Below, in pieces: positions 37,907-51,140 of a stretch of DNA of 64,000 nt. The position numbers and the translations under genes were made by a program. Below the pieces are notes generated by a model, which was given only the letters and a program-made list of their open reading frames with translations, did no database searches and was not told the DNA's origin. The stretch is from Raillietiella orientalis. Taxonomy: Eukaryota. The stretch is taken from assembly GCA_036172245.1 (NCBI GenBank), contig JAYWIR010000034.1, positions 620,001 to 684,000 of the forward strand, given 5' to 3'. Numbering within the stretch: position 1 is the first letter of the stretch; each line of letters starts with the position of its first letter.

Positions 37907-40269
37907 TTTTCGTCAGTGCTCAGCTGAATGCGCGAGACCTTCCAGACTTTCCTGGTAAGCTGTTGTGCATCCTGGCATGCGAGGACTGCATTCGGTCGGG
38001 AACCACATCTCGTTCCCTTCGGAATACTATTTCTCCCACTGCACGAGACGTTGGTTTCCTTATAGATATGGCAAATGAATATGAAAATCAATGGAAACCT
38101 CCGCAAAGGATTAAGTGTGGTACGATCAATGTTTCCGTGCATGCATCCTGAAAACCATCCATCATAGTCACTAAGATGAAATTTCTTACCCATGAAGAGG
38201 AAGGAAACCGAAAAGCAAAACTTTTGTTCTTCTCGAGAGATTAACCTCTGGAACTTTGGACAAGCAGCAGAGAACTTATTTGCCTCGAAAAGACATGCGA
38301 GAGAAGCAATGAAATTTTATTCCTGGCCGCAAAATTCATAACGAAACTTACCCATTATCAGATCAGACACGAGCAAAGGATCGGATAATGACTGGATCCT
38401 GCTGCACGAAGAATACGAGAGGAGAAACTGTTGAGGAGTCATCCCAAGAGATCCGATAGACGGAAGGGTGGTGGAGGAGAAATGGAATAAGAGTGCCCTA
38501 TGAAAGGCCCCGTGAAGATGCAACCCAGAAGAGATTCTTGACGATTGCACTGTGAGTTTTTTCCTTTCCTTTGCGTGACAGTTGCCACGCAGAGAAGTCC
38601 CTTGCTCATGCTCAGCGGTGCATGGAAGTGTAGAGGTGTACACGAAACCCATCTTCCGAAGAGTGCATTGCCTTCCAGGGAAACATGAGATGCCATCTCG
38701 AGATGCCTTTACATGCACGGGAGACAAAACACACACACACATACACACACACGAAAAAGGAGGAAGATGGACCTGCACACTGAATTGGGAAGGAGCGGGG
38801 GCTGTCAAGCGATCTCTACTTAGCAAAAAAATGAAATCGAGTTTTCCTAGAGTTTGCGAACTCAGGGGAAAGTTGATGGAGCTCACCTGGAAATCATCCG
38901 CCGAATGCTTCTCCGCAGACCCCTCGTAAAAAGGAAGCCGCAGCAAGCGAAAAACACCAGAACTGCATTTCTAATAGCATTTTTTTGGTTTTTTAGGAAG
39001 AAATACAAAAAAGCAAAGGTGAAACCGAAGCCAGCAAAAAGAGAGGCACATTAGTTCCGAGTATTCCTGATATAGATTCTTCCAACTTTCTCTAGAAAAG
39101 GGCACGCCCATCTCTTCGGGACAAGTGAGATGCAGGCATTTCGAAAGAAAAGAAAAGAAAGGAAGCACCTAGAAACGCCTCTATTCCGAACTATCATTCG
39201 ATGGCTCGACAGCAAATGCCAGTCCGGAATCCAACAGCCTCCTTCTTCGGTCCGCTTCCACGACCAGGAGTTGCATGACTGCGATTTGATTCTGCCGAGG
39301 AAGGAGGAACCCATTCATTCGCTCTGAGCACCACGAGAGAACGGTTTTCCGTTTCCCCACGCATACCACGCATTTCGTCTGGCTAACTCGTGGGTTACTT
39401 GAGCACGAATGCTCCTTCTTCTAATGAAGGTGCCTTCCGTTTCTAGGAAGCTTCTTTTCTGGTAGACGTTGATTTATGATCGAGCAAATTTCATAGTGCG
39501 ATGAAAAGGGTCATTATGCGGTGCTTGAATGATGGGTGACTTATCTGAATTGTTCTTCCGATGACTGCAGCCAATAGTCCGGTGCGTAAAACCAGAGCTC
39601 GATGCTCTTTTTTCCCTGGATTATAAAGAGCCCTTGAAAGTCTGGACCTCCCAGCCCGAAAACCATCATTAGAGCACTAGTGAGCACTAGTCAGTCAGTT
39701 GAAAGAACATTTAGCATCCTGAGGTTTGAGAGACTCTCCATCGCTCGAGGAAATCTCCAGTTCTCTTCCATTCCTGAGCATGCACGGGAATCTGGAAACA
39801 CTTGAGAACATCTGGAAGGGAAAGCATTTGTTTTCTTCCTTGCATCTGCATCGGAAAAGGACTGTTTTCCATCGTGTGATGCTGGCTGATTTTCATCGTA
39901 CCCAGATCGAAAGGAGCGTTTTCGGATCGTGTCCTTCCGATGTCTGTATCTTAAGAATCGACATTTCAACGAGGATTCGTCGTCTGCACTGCTGTGTACA
40001 ATTCTGCTGTGTACAATTCCTTCAACTAAATGAATGTTTCAGTGAACATTTGATGCATCATGGTGCTGGTCTACAACTACCTGCTGTGATAGGAAATAGA
40101 AATTTCACGTGCCAATTTTTGGAAGAGAAGGATTGCTTTCCACGTTTACTAAATGCCAAGCGAACACTGAGGGAGAGTTCCAAGGGCTGCGCATGACTCA
40201 GGCTCAAAGCTGGGCGCCATGTTCCAAAACATAGAGCTTCCAGCAAATACGCGCAGAAAAGTTGACTGT

Positions 40270-42740
40270 GGACCCTCACGCTATATCAGCAATTCGAAAT
40301 CTGCACAATTGGAATCGAAAGAAGGGCAATGAGACAAATTTTGTGGCAGCAAAAGCTCTGGTGCTCGACTGATCCAAAGGCTATCGAGGAGAGCATTTCC
40401 ATCATGAATTGGAGCTCACCAAAAAAACTGATAATGACCGTCCATACCGAATGCAACTGAGGTGAGAAAGCCAGATTTCCTACCTTGAAATGTATTCCTT
40501 CACGAAAGAGGCTTCTACGCTCTTACGCAAAGAGGAAAACTCTTCCCCCGGAGTAGAAGGGATTACATAAGGGATGGAGGCCGATTCATCCAAAAGCTAT
40601 CATTCGAACACTAGTGTTTGATTTATTGTTTAAGTTCAGCTGAATTTCGGAAGGGTGAAAGTGCACCCGGAAAATTTGAATCCCGAAAACCTCTTCCTAA
40701 TTAGAAACGGTTAGCAATTGGGTGGCAATTTCCACTGACAACAGTGTTTACAGGCTTTACACGGAAATGCACGTAGAGAGAATGAGGATTCTGGAAAACA
40801 AGGTGGTCTGCCCCCAGCAGAAGGGATTTCTACCCTCCGCTTGAGTTCTTGACCAGAACGTTGTCCTCAAAAGCGACTGAATTTTTCACATCCACGATCT
40901 AGGAATATTGGAATGATCTTCGTTGATTTTACCAATGCTTTTAGCAACATCTTGAGCACCATGGGGCTGAAGACATTAGCGAAAGCTGAAGTCCGGCTCA
41001 TTTTTTTAAAAAATCGTCAAAGACCTGTACTCAGACCGCAGTGCGTGCATTCAACTGGAATCGCTGTAATTAGACGTTTTCACCTGCGCGGAATGAAACA
41101 GAGATGCCCCCCAAATTCACTGCTATTCATATTAAAGTTGGGAGCAATTCTGCGTGCAATGAGGCAGAGTTACGGCGAGGATGTCTTTTTGGCGTATGCC
41201 GATGACCTAGTCATCCTTGAGGATTCCGAAGAGGATCTAAGAAATAGGTCACGCCATTTTGAGGATCTAGTTGATAGAGCTGGTTTAGCAATTAATCCTT
41301 CCAAATGTTACTGACTTTTCTTTTGTGGCAAGACCCCTCAAGGTCTGAGACCATTAACTTGACTGTCAGCAGTGGTTTGCAACATATCAGAGGCCTATAA
41401 GTATCTGGGAAGGCCGTTTGAGATTGAAATATTCAAGGTTCATCCTTCTAAGCTTCGAAGCTGGATGCATCCTTAATTGTGATCTTTTAGCTTGGAAAAA
41501 AATAAATGCTCTGAAATAAAATCTTCCTTTTCTCCATTCCTGTGTGCTACGAGAGACTGGGAACACATAAAAAAGAGAACTGCAAGTATCTGGATAAGGA
41601 AATGAAATGGATGCTCGGGACACTGCTGCATCTCTTGTCCAGAGTTAAATTTATGGAGCGTAAAAAAACAGGACTGTTTTGATCTTATGAAGCTGTCAGA
41701 TGAGTCTGATACCTTCACTATAGACAGCTCAAGAAGTTTTTCACCGGACGATGCCAAGGCCCATGAAACTCTTCGTGAGGTGGTAGTGAGGAAATCTTTT
41801 TTTTGGAAACCCACGGTGGATGACCTTGGCAAATTTATGTCCAGAGACACATCGGGTGAGTTTTCCAGAATAAGTGGGGGAATGGACCTTCGAAAGACAA
41901 GTTTTGTTAAGATCAGGATAAGTATGGAAATTTCAAAGAAAACTCAATTCAGATCGACGAAATGATATTTGATTTCGTCATGAGTAGAAAATTTTACCCC
42001 TTCGTAGGAGATGCACCGCTCGAGAAAGCTTAGCAATCTTCGGTAAAGAAGCATTTGGGTCAAGGGAAAGTTAATGCGCTGCACCGGACTGCATAGCTCT
42101 TGGATCCATTTTCTTACAAATGGAGACCACCTGAAATTTGCGGACTGAGGATTCATCCACGCGGCAAGGCTAATCGGCGTCCCACAAGTGGATCTGGCAG
42201 TAGGGAAGCTGGTCGCTCATGTTGTCGTTGTGACCTCTGGGACGAGATGTTGCCTCACATTAAAAATCATTGCATGAGTCACTGCAGTCTGTTCACGGTT
42301 CAACACGATTGTGGACGAGATCAAAATAGCAGCGATAGAAACAGCAAGAAGGAAACTGACGTCCGAGAATCAGTGAGTCCCTGGTCTTGGTTCAACTCTG
42401 AGGCTGGATCTGGTATTACAGAAGGGCAACAGGATGGCGATACTGGACGTAAATTGTTCCTTTGAGAATGGGAAAGAAGCCTTCGGCATCTCCAGGAAGG
42501 GAAAGTATCCAAATACCGAGATGTTGCCAACCAGCTATCCAAGAAAGGAGTAGATGAAAAGGCCCTGGCCACCAGCATTGGACCTTTGGGAATCTGGGAC
42601 CCCAGCAGTGAAGTACTCCTCCGTGGACTGGGCGGTTCACAACTGAAGTGCGTAGATGAAGTGAGGCAGCTCATGGTTGCCGCAAGCATTCTCCACACTC
42701 GCGACATTTACTGGATACATCGACCTGGACAATTACCGGA
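40270..42740 (+). mobile_element. Decayed RLE-type non-LTR retrotransposon (NeSL/Utopia-like): RT + CCHC + restriction-like endonuclease
   Basis: Motifs in order: AISAIRNLHNWNRKK-AMRQIL, SSPGVEGIT, NWVAISTDNSVYRLY, PQQKGFLP, DFTNAF, GMKQRCP, AYADDLV, GLAINPSKC (ORF 40913..41314), YKYLG, CCRCDLWDEMLPHIKNHC, QHD, LRLDLVLQKGNRMAILDVNCSFENGKEAF, GPLGIWDP, TRDIYWIH. Many stops and frameshifts. Confidence 0.9.
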
Positions 42741-42849
42741 TGGCGCCCTCAAGCCGCGACTACCTCACGAAGAGTCTCACAAATCCATCACGAATTCCAC
42801 TTCTAACAGTCTCTTTTATTCCGCGTATTGTAGCGACGGGACTCCTTCG

Positions 42850-43700
42850 GTGGAGTGAACTCTTGAGTGTAACCCGAAGAACTTGTGGTCTCTGCCCAGA
42901 CATTGAGCTGTGTTCCCGCTCTCTTGGAAACAGGCTGTGCTGCTCTTTCTCCACCGGGGATTTCAGTACAATAAGTACAGGCTTCGTGTTTCTCACCGTG
43001 TTTTGTTACCGTGTTTCCGCAGTGGTTCCATCCCCGAATTGTGCCGATGAGGGTCGATGGGGCCGATCCCACACCTGCCTTTAAACCTCGGTGCCCTCCA
43101 GGAACTGTGACAGAGGCTGGCAGCAACACTTTTGTACCGGACACCGTCCGAGATGCGCTGCGATGGTTCTTCGCACAGGGAGGACTCTAGACAAGCGCGC
43201 TGATCGTTACCATGGTTCTCATCCGTGCCAGCGTCACGGCCCGCCATTTGCTCGAGACGAGCACATTGCAGCGAAGGGAGGTCACAGAGATAGCAGCCTT
43301 CCTAGAAGGTGGCTACCTAGCAGCGAAGGAGGAGATCGCTGGCATCCAGCGCCGGTTTTAGGAAAGTTAGGAATGATGGACACCGGTGACCCTTGTCCCC
43401 GGTCTCCTTTTATTTTACTGTTTCTCTTTTTCATTCGTCAGTCCCTTTCTCTCCGTACCTTTCCCGGTTTTTGTATATTGTTCCCAGTGTATGCGGAGCG
43501 AACCCAAAGATCCCTGCCTCATTCCCCCAAATTTCCTCATCCTTTTTTGTAGTGCCCCCTCCCCTCTCCCGTTTCCGGACTTTTGGATATTCCGACCTGC
43601 GTGTCGGTAGACCCTTCCCCTGAACTTTGTTTTTGGTTGGAAGCCAGAGTGTTCCCGACCAGTTCATTTTTTACTAAATGAACTCCTCCGGATGTGACAG
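42850..43700 (+). mobile_element. L1/Tx1-like 3' fragment
   Basis: WKQAVLL at ~42925, PNC…PHL region at 43035-43080, UTR accggtgacccttgtccc shared with 12059-12077. Confidence 0.65.
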
Positions 43701-43899
43701 GCTGGAAAATCTCATGAAGAGGAGCAGCTCTTGGAGAGAAAGACGTCATCGAAATTAAGCCTACAGGGTGTCCCGATAAACTAAACTTATTGTGACACTC
43801 CTCGTAACACAACTTAAATGACCAGATAGGAAGGATGGAAGATGAGGAAGAGAGCCCCTTTTTTATTTGTACTATTGTGGCTGTTCACTTTGCAAATAA

Positions 43900-44490
43900 A
43901 ACAGGAAGTAATATAAATGTGTATATAGAAATACATAAATACATATCTTAATGTATATGTATATTATATTTATGTATTTTCCTCTATATATTTTTCTATA
44001 CATACATTAATATATGTATTTTTGTATTACTTTATTTATCTTTATATTACTTCCTGTTTTATTATATATATATACACACATATATCCATGTATACATGTA
44101 TGTATTTACATTTTCGTATATATTTCTATATATTTTTTTCTATGCATATATTTACATGTATATACATATTTATTTACATATTTGTATTAATGTATATTTC
44201 ATATTATCCACATGCATTTTATATTCTCACTACATATTGATATGTATATTGGTATGTGTAATAATATGCATTTATTTACTATAATTTTTTATATATACAT
44301 TAATAATATAATCAATAAATTATTAATTAGTAAACAGCATTTTAACACATGTTAATAAATATCTCTGTTGCAACAATATTACTGTTAATTATATGTATGT
44401 TAATAACCATGAATAACCATGCGTATTAAAATAACTTTGTACATTAATCTACGTAGAGTAAGCATATTTCTTTATTTTTTACGATTTTTC
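43900..44490. repeat. AT-rich low-complexity (TA/TG/CA)n degenerate microsatellite
   Basis: Almost entirely A/T with tatata/tacata/tatgta units. Confidence 0.9.
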
Positions 44491-44609
44491 AGGACTTCGG
44501 CGTTCGGGATTCTGATCAGCCTCCCTTAATGCTTGAGCAGCTCTGCTTTTCTGCGTGTGTTTCTATTTTCTGTAGGTCTCAAAAAGACTTTTCCCGCGGC
44601 GCCTCCATG

Positions 44610-46350
44610 CCTCAGGGCGCTATGCAACAGTTTCTATGGAAAGTCCGAATGCGCTGGTGAAAACGAGGTGACAGCTTCGTCGGGGCTGATTTGAGGAACG
44701 AAAATCCGCTCGAGGACTCCTCGTGCGGCAAGAATCCCTCCAGCTGAGGGAGGATGGCCACTCCACCAATCACCCATTCTCGAGGTCTTCGAGGGAGACA
44801 TTGGATGGATGCCTCTTCTGTGCTGAAGATGATTCTGGAAGAAAGCTTGCCCATGAATCAATGCATTGGGGTCCACTTCGGAGCTCTTGGTAGCCTAAGG
44901 CGGATGCCAGCGATCCATCAGATGCCATTTCAGCTTCCCAATCTACAGACTTCCATCCCTTATGTGAAGTTTCATCCTATCTCGGGGAGGAATCTTCGGA
45001 CATGCATGGCTGGGAAATCATCTCCTTCGACCTGAAGGATGCGAGACCAATTGGGGATGCGAGATGACTTTCGGGTTTCAGCACGTTCAGGCATGGTAGG
45101 ATCTGTGGGGGATCCGTATCCAAGACATGTGCAAAATGCTTTTTTACTTCAGCAGTGGGAATCTTACAGTTCTTCTCCGTCAGCCTCAGGACTTTCTCAG
45201 CTCTCTCCGCAAGTTGATCTGATGCAGTCCTTGTGGTATCCTGCGAACAATTTCAAATAGAAAAAGATGTGATGGAGGAACTGTTCCCACGAACCTTTGC
45301 TGGTGGTGGGGAAAACGCGGACCCGTGAGTCCATCTTCAATAGGTCTGCGCATGGAAATGCAGATCGAGGAGATGCCCGGAAGACCCTGTGGCTTCTGCT
45401 GGCACTGCGAAACACTTCGAGTGAAAGGCTAATTCTTTCGCTTCACCTGCAGCAGAAGCACTCGAAACGCACTTTTCTATCGTTTTGTATCCACTTATAA
45501 TCAGGAAAACTTATGGCCCAATGCCTATCGGAATCCAATATCGATTTATTTACGTGGCAGGAATGTTTCCCGAATCCTCAGGATCCGAATTATCGAGAGC
45601 CGCTCTTTCCCAAGTGCATTCAGTGCTCGAGAAGCCACGAGCATCTCACGCGAAACTCAAGCCTATTTGGACTGAGCGTTGGACCCTATTCATCTTTTAA
45701 ATTAGTATGTCTATTGCGATGTGGGCCGAAGCCAGGAAGATGCAAACAAGAAGGGGGAACCAAAATGTCAACAAAGGAACCTCAATGATGTATTCTTCCT
45801 CATGAGTGTGGAATGATTCGGTCTCATTAGTTATCGATTGCTGCTTCGAGAAGGAAAAGAGGGAGAGAGACGGAAAACTCTTGATCACGTTATTCATAAG
45901 AAAAATAGCTTTACCTTTCCCCGACCCTGGCAAATACTCGAATACGTATGCAAATACTTATATGTATATATGCATATTTGTGGAAACCAGCTCTTTACAA
46001 TTAGGGAAGAGTAGGGCCTCTTTGTCCTTGAAATTTAAAGTAGCTGCAATTCAGAATTAGCACAAATTAAAAACGCATTGGTTTTCGTGTTTGTGCACTC
46101 CTTTCAAGATCTCTCTTTGCGAAATTCCCGAAAGCTTCCTCACATCAGCCAAACGTTCTCTTTCAGGACGGAATGTACCAGAAATGCTACTGTCTGTGAG
46201 GTGCACGAAATGTTTCGTCACAGCATCTAATGAGGGCATTTGTCTAGATCTCTGGCTGGGTTCAGTTCCTACACATCAACACACACGCATACGCTGATCT
46301 CATTACATGAGACATGCTGTGATTCTATGCCAGAGCAAAGCCCATTTGCA
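44610..46350 (-). mobile_element. Decayed 5' half of an RLE-type element (possible N-terminal Zn fingers + RT domains 0-3)
   Basis: LKGVHKHENQCVFNLC, ASRSHRVFRASPRSAF, gattcctccccgag…cacataagggatgga (homologous to 40540-40578), GVLE.IFV, FTSAFG. Confidence 0.55.
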
Positions 46351-48744
46351 GGTCCACTGCGAATACGTTGACCGCAACTTTGTGAGATTTTTCATCTCTT
46401 GCCTAAGGTAAGGCAGGGAACCCTTTGCTCAACAAGAACACATTCCCAATCTTTCTGAACTCCAAAATGGTCATTTTAGACACCGAAAGTGCTCTTTGTT
46501 AGGTAAATTTCATGGCTCATGGAGCACTAACATTTTAACTTCACGCTATATGCTTTTGCCTGAAAGGATGAATGATGATGGCCTATGGAGGCAGAAACTG
46601 ACGATTCTGCAATACCCTCTGAACTTTAGACAGAATAACCATAGATGCAGCGGGAATTTGGTGAAAGCTCATTCTGAAAACAGCACTTCTAGTTCTCGAG
46701 AAAAACACTTGTAGCTTCAGTTTTCTGTTACGTTTGATAAGCGAGAAGCTGGAGCGAAGAGTCCACCAGCTTTTCTGTTCTCTACGACGATGAAGACCAG
46801 GTCAGTATTGAAAGGTTTCCACTTCGTGAAAAATGTCTCCTAAGACTGCTCCGCTATATCGAAAACTTCGGCCCAATTATATCCATCCTCTGGAGCCCTA
46901 ACGAAATACCCCTGGGATTCATGCTGGGACTGTGATCTTGGACACGGAGTTGCCATCTCCACCAACTCGAGAAGAGTTCAAGGGAGAGTCCCCAGCCGGA
47001 AACCACTAAATCCAGCAAAAGCTATTGAAAAGAAATCACGTGGCCGCTTCTTGCAAAAGCACCAAATACGATAAAACCCTGAAATTGAACAATCTGCATG
47101 TAATGTGGACAGGGCAGGTGAGTTCCGTCCTTCTAGACTTTGCACATGCTGCAAATTTTCACTCTTTCACATTCTCAGTAATTTGTATCTTTTAAGGACA
47201 CAAACGCTTCCAGAGAATATGCAAATGGGTTGCACTCTCTCAGCATCCAAGAGTAGATGTTAAGAGGACAGAATCCAGTTTCATTATGCCATGGTCATTA
47301 TTCGAGAACAGTAAAAATGCGAGTGGCCCATTCTCGGAGAATAGTCCTGAAAGGAACGCTGTGTAGATTACCAGGAATTACCGATGCGCCTTCTCTAGAG
47401 ACAAACTTCCACCCTTTGGGCAGATCATGCCCTGCAATAAGATCATGACTGCTCCTGTTTCTCAGTTGGTACCAGAAGTATTCTGTAGGGGCAGTAAATT
47501 GCGTGAAGCTTACTAAATGGCTGCATGTGCAAGGCTCATGCCAAGAAATGGTTAGCCAGAAGAACGAAGCATGAAGGATGAGAATTGGATGATCTTACAC
47601 AGCTAGAATGCCCCTCCGTTAAGAATCTTCTAACATTCCAAAGATGGCATTTCTCCTTGTTTTCTTAAATGACGTCGCGACATGAAATGACTTTCATTGT
47701 TGGTCAAGGCATGCAGTGATGATTCAGAGCCTGAAATCCATTGCTGATTATTTATTTGTAATGATTTGTTGAATGATCCAAGCTAAAGAGCAATGACGCC
47801 TGAGTGCGTGATCAATAGAATGCGTGCGTCATTCTTCTCAAATAGATTACTTTTCCCATATACACTCTAAGTTTCTCCAGAATTCCATTAAAAAAAAAAA
47901 AAAGGATGACACACATTCAGAAGTTTGGAGGAAAAAAAAATCCAGAAAATCGAGAAACAAAAATGAACTCGAACCCACATGGCTTTGAAGGATCGAATGA
48001 TTTTCCATGCTTTCAGTTCATGTTGCATCTAAAACGAGAAAAATCTGTAGTAAGGGAAGAGTTCTCGGAGGAAAATGCTGCTAGAAAGTAGCATAAGGAG
48101 AATGTCATTAATGCATGGAAACGCTAGCAGTTGACAAGAGACATGAAGAGGGAATTCTTGAAGGGAAGAGCTTCCTTGTTTCGCTTTGATCGGTCCTTAA
48201 TGATCTGCCCGGATAGGGAATTACATAGTTTTCGGGCCCAGCTTTCTTAAATGGGTTATTTATGGAGGAGGACATGGATAGTCCACATATAGCGGAAAAT
48301 TCTGGAGGAAACAAACAGATGAAGGGCTTGGAATTCTGGACAGCTCCGAAAGTAGGCGGCTTTTAGGAGTTTGCACTTCTTTCAATAGATGCAACTTGCC
48401 TTCTACTTCTCTATTTTTCATCGATGCTGTAGACCTTTTCAGAAACAAAATGCTTCATCTGGTCAAGCGATGAGGAGGTCGTGAGATGAACGTAACAAAA
48501 AAAATGGTACGCTAAAAAAAAAAATGATCTCTCTGAGAATTACCTAATACTGATAGGTACTGAATTTTGTTAAAAACTGAAATTCCTAAAATTTTGCTTA
48601 CCAGTTTAGGCACAAATAGGCAGAAGTGATTTATTATTTAGAATGAATGTTCCTGTAAGCAGCATATCAGGAACACCACGAGCTTTTCTTTGTTCTCGTG
48701 ATAACAGCAGCTTTCCTCTAATTTAGGCGAGATTATAAGAAACA

Positions 48745-49200
48745 GCCCTTCCAGGAATCAAGGAGTCGGTTTCCTTCGGGGTTCTCTTCGGAGGAGGAAA
48801 CAAGGAGCGATTCCCTTCCGGCTTCCACCCGGAGAAAAAAATCAGGAGCAGTTCCTTTCCGGGTTCCCTTCGGAGAAGAAATGAGAAGTGGCCCCCTTCG
48901 GGTGGTTCGTCCGGAGAGAGCAAGGAAGAGGTTTCCTTCGGAGTTCCCTTCAGAGACAACCAGGGAGAGGGCTTCCTTCGGTGTTCCCTCCCAAGCGTAA
49001 GAGGAATGGATTCCTTTCTCCGGAGACTTCCTGGATTCATAGGAAGGTCCTTTCCAGGGATACCCTTCAACTTGAAAAGCTTCACGCACCCTCAGGTGGC
49101 ATGGTCCGGTGTCAAAGAGCTCTGTAAGCCTTCCCAAGGAGGCTCACGGTTCTTTAATGCTTCTTGCAAACACTAAAAAAGAAAGAAAAAAAGCTGGAAG
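48745..49200 (+). mobile_element. SINE copy 6 (5'-truncated; clearest 40-bp array)
   Basis: Units start at 48769, 48810, 48851, 48891, 48931, 48971 and ~49010; A-rich tail at 49175-49192. Confidence 0.85.
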
Positions 49201-51140
49201 GAAAGTGTCGACAACAGAAGGACTCCAAAGGATTTCCGTCATTCTAGCACCATCCCCTGGAACTGTTTCGTCTTCAGGATGCGTTTCTACCTCCAAGAAG
49301 ACAAAAACATTCATCCTTAGGATAGCTAATAACTGAAAATGCTTCTAAGTATCCCAGGTAATTTTGCTGGTAGGTCTTCTTACTGGATTGCTGAATCTCA
49401 TCTTCTGAATAGAGAACATGAGGATGAAACTTGGAGAATTTGAACAGCAGTGCAAATCTCATCTTCTGATTCGAAGTCCGTTTTATCTTATTCACTTTTA
49501 TACTTAATGTTGGAGTTTGGCGTGCCATTTTGTGACTGTACTCGCAGAAACATTTATTTTAATGCCCACGGATCCCGAAACTCCACGAAAAGTAGGAGGT
49601 TACCTAGACAAAGTTGACAAGAAGAGAACTGGCATCGAGAAGGGGCAAAAAAGGCTTGTCTACCCAACGCATCTCTTTTGAATCTACGTTACTTTCATCA
49701 TCTGTTTCCCGGTGGCTCGTGAGGCAGATTATAAAAAAAAAAAAAATAGCGGAGCAGTTTTCTATAAATCTACTGATATACCGTCTAGGATGCTCCTTAA
49801 CGACCGAGAATGTGACCATATAGTAGAGTCTCTAGAAGACTCACCAGCCCTTAGCCTATCAGAATGCCGAAGCTGAAACCAGGAGGCTACCCTCAATGAC
49901 AAAAACTCCCGTTCCACTTGGAAGGTTGCGGGTTTCCAATGTGGAGGTGTGCTTGTTCGCCAAAAGCCTCTCTCTGACAGGAAACATCCCCTGCGGTCTA
50001 GTACTTCCATGGCATCTGCGAGGGCATCATCATATGATGGATGGAATTTCTGCTGCTGTCTGCTCTGGACTTTGCAGTCCCGAATTAGATTTGGTTTGCT
50101 CAGACTATTTTTACTCAGTTCTTCCTTTCCCATATTCTATATCGCATTAATAGACTGACATCATCTGATGTGATTTCGGGCATCGAGTCAGAATTCCCCA
50201 GGAAGGAAAATTCCTGGGGAAGCTCCGAAACAGAGTGAATCTGGTCTTTTGTGCAGACCAATCATATGTAAGAGTGAGCATGAAGGGCATCGGTGGGCTG
50301 CTTGTGGAAGTGAGTGAGATTCTGAGCGCAGCGGATGCACAGAGGGATTCTGTGAAGTTTTCCTGGTCAGATGCCGAAAAAACAGAGTTTCTGACACGAG
50401 ACTTTGCTCATCAACGTGGAGGATTTACGATTTGATTAACATGAAGGGGCTTCTGTTATTTTTCTGACACTGATGGACAGCTTGCTATTTGTTTGAGTCC
50501 CGTGCGTATCCACATGACATGTACGCACACGGGTACTAAATAGCCCCGAGCTATATTCCCGAACCCGCACAGCGTCGCTTGCATTGTGTTTCAGAGAGCA
50601 AATTCAGCATTGCGAGAACCCAACTCTATGAAGTCACTCCCGAATGACTCGAAGATCATGAGATGAGAACGATTGGCATCCACCAATGGAAAACACCGCA
50701 TTAGACACATCGAGTTTCGCATTGCCTCCATAATTCTCATTTCGTGTTAAATACATCGTTTTGAATTTGCTTAGAGTGCTCAGATCCCTGACCTCTTCTT
50801 CTGCCGGAGTGGATTATGAGCGAACTGCGGGAAGTACACGAATTTTTCAGAGTCGTCCTCAAGAACATTATCAAGGCAATCTTCTTGAAGGAGAAACTTG
50901 TGTTTCTCTATCTCTTTCTCTATCTCTCTCTTTCCGGGAGCTTCCCAACTTATCACAGCCGAGGCAAAAGAGTCTTCCTGAGAAATTACAAATTCAGATT
51001 CCAGATTGAATGCATTTCCACTCCCATGTCATCTTGAGAACCGACACTGGGGACTTTATGTGATCAGTCTGAAGTTCAGTGTTGAGGTCGGAGCCCACTG
51101 CTTACCTTATGAAACTCTCTTGACGACTGGGGAGCATGTG

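Noticed and set aside
39990..40020. Short tandem duplications (ctgctgtgtacaatt x2; also ~30177 and ~39672) and taggc repeats at 612-670
   Set aside because: Ordinary slippage-type micro-duplications.
40913..41314. Prokaryotic RT system (retron, group II intron, DGR)
   Set aside because: The flanking CCHC and RLE motifs identify a eukaryotic non-LTR retrotransposon, and the ORF is disrupted.
44022..44284. Hydrophobic Y/I-rich ORFs
   Set aside because: Translation artefacts of the AT microsatellite.
46500..47700. Possible further minus-strand RT relics (also 36400-36900) and Zn-finger-like remnants at 19700-20400 and 39300-39950
   Set aside because: Motifs are too decayed to support as features without a profile search.
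48769..49030. CRISPR-like repeat-spacer periodicity
   Set aside because: Repeats are degenerate, spacers are short and mutually similar, the array is internal to a dispersed SINE, there are no cas genes, and the context is eukaryotic.
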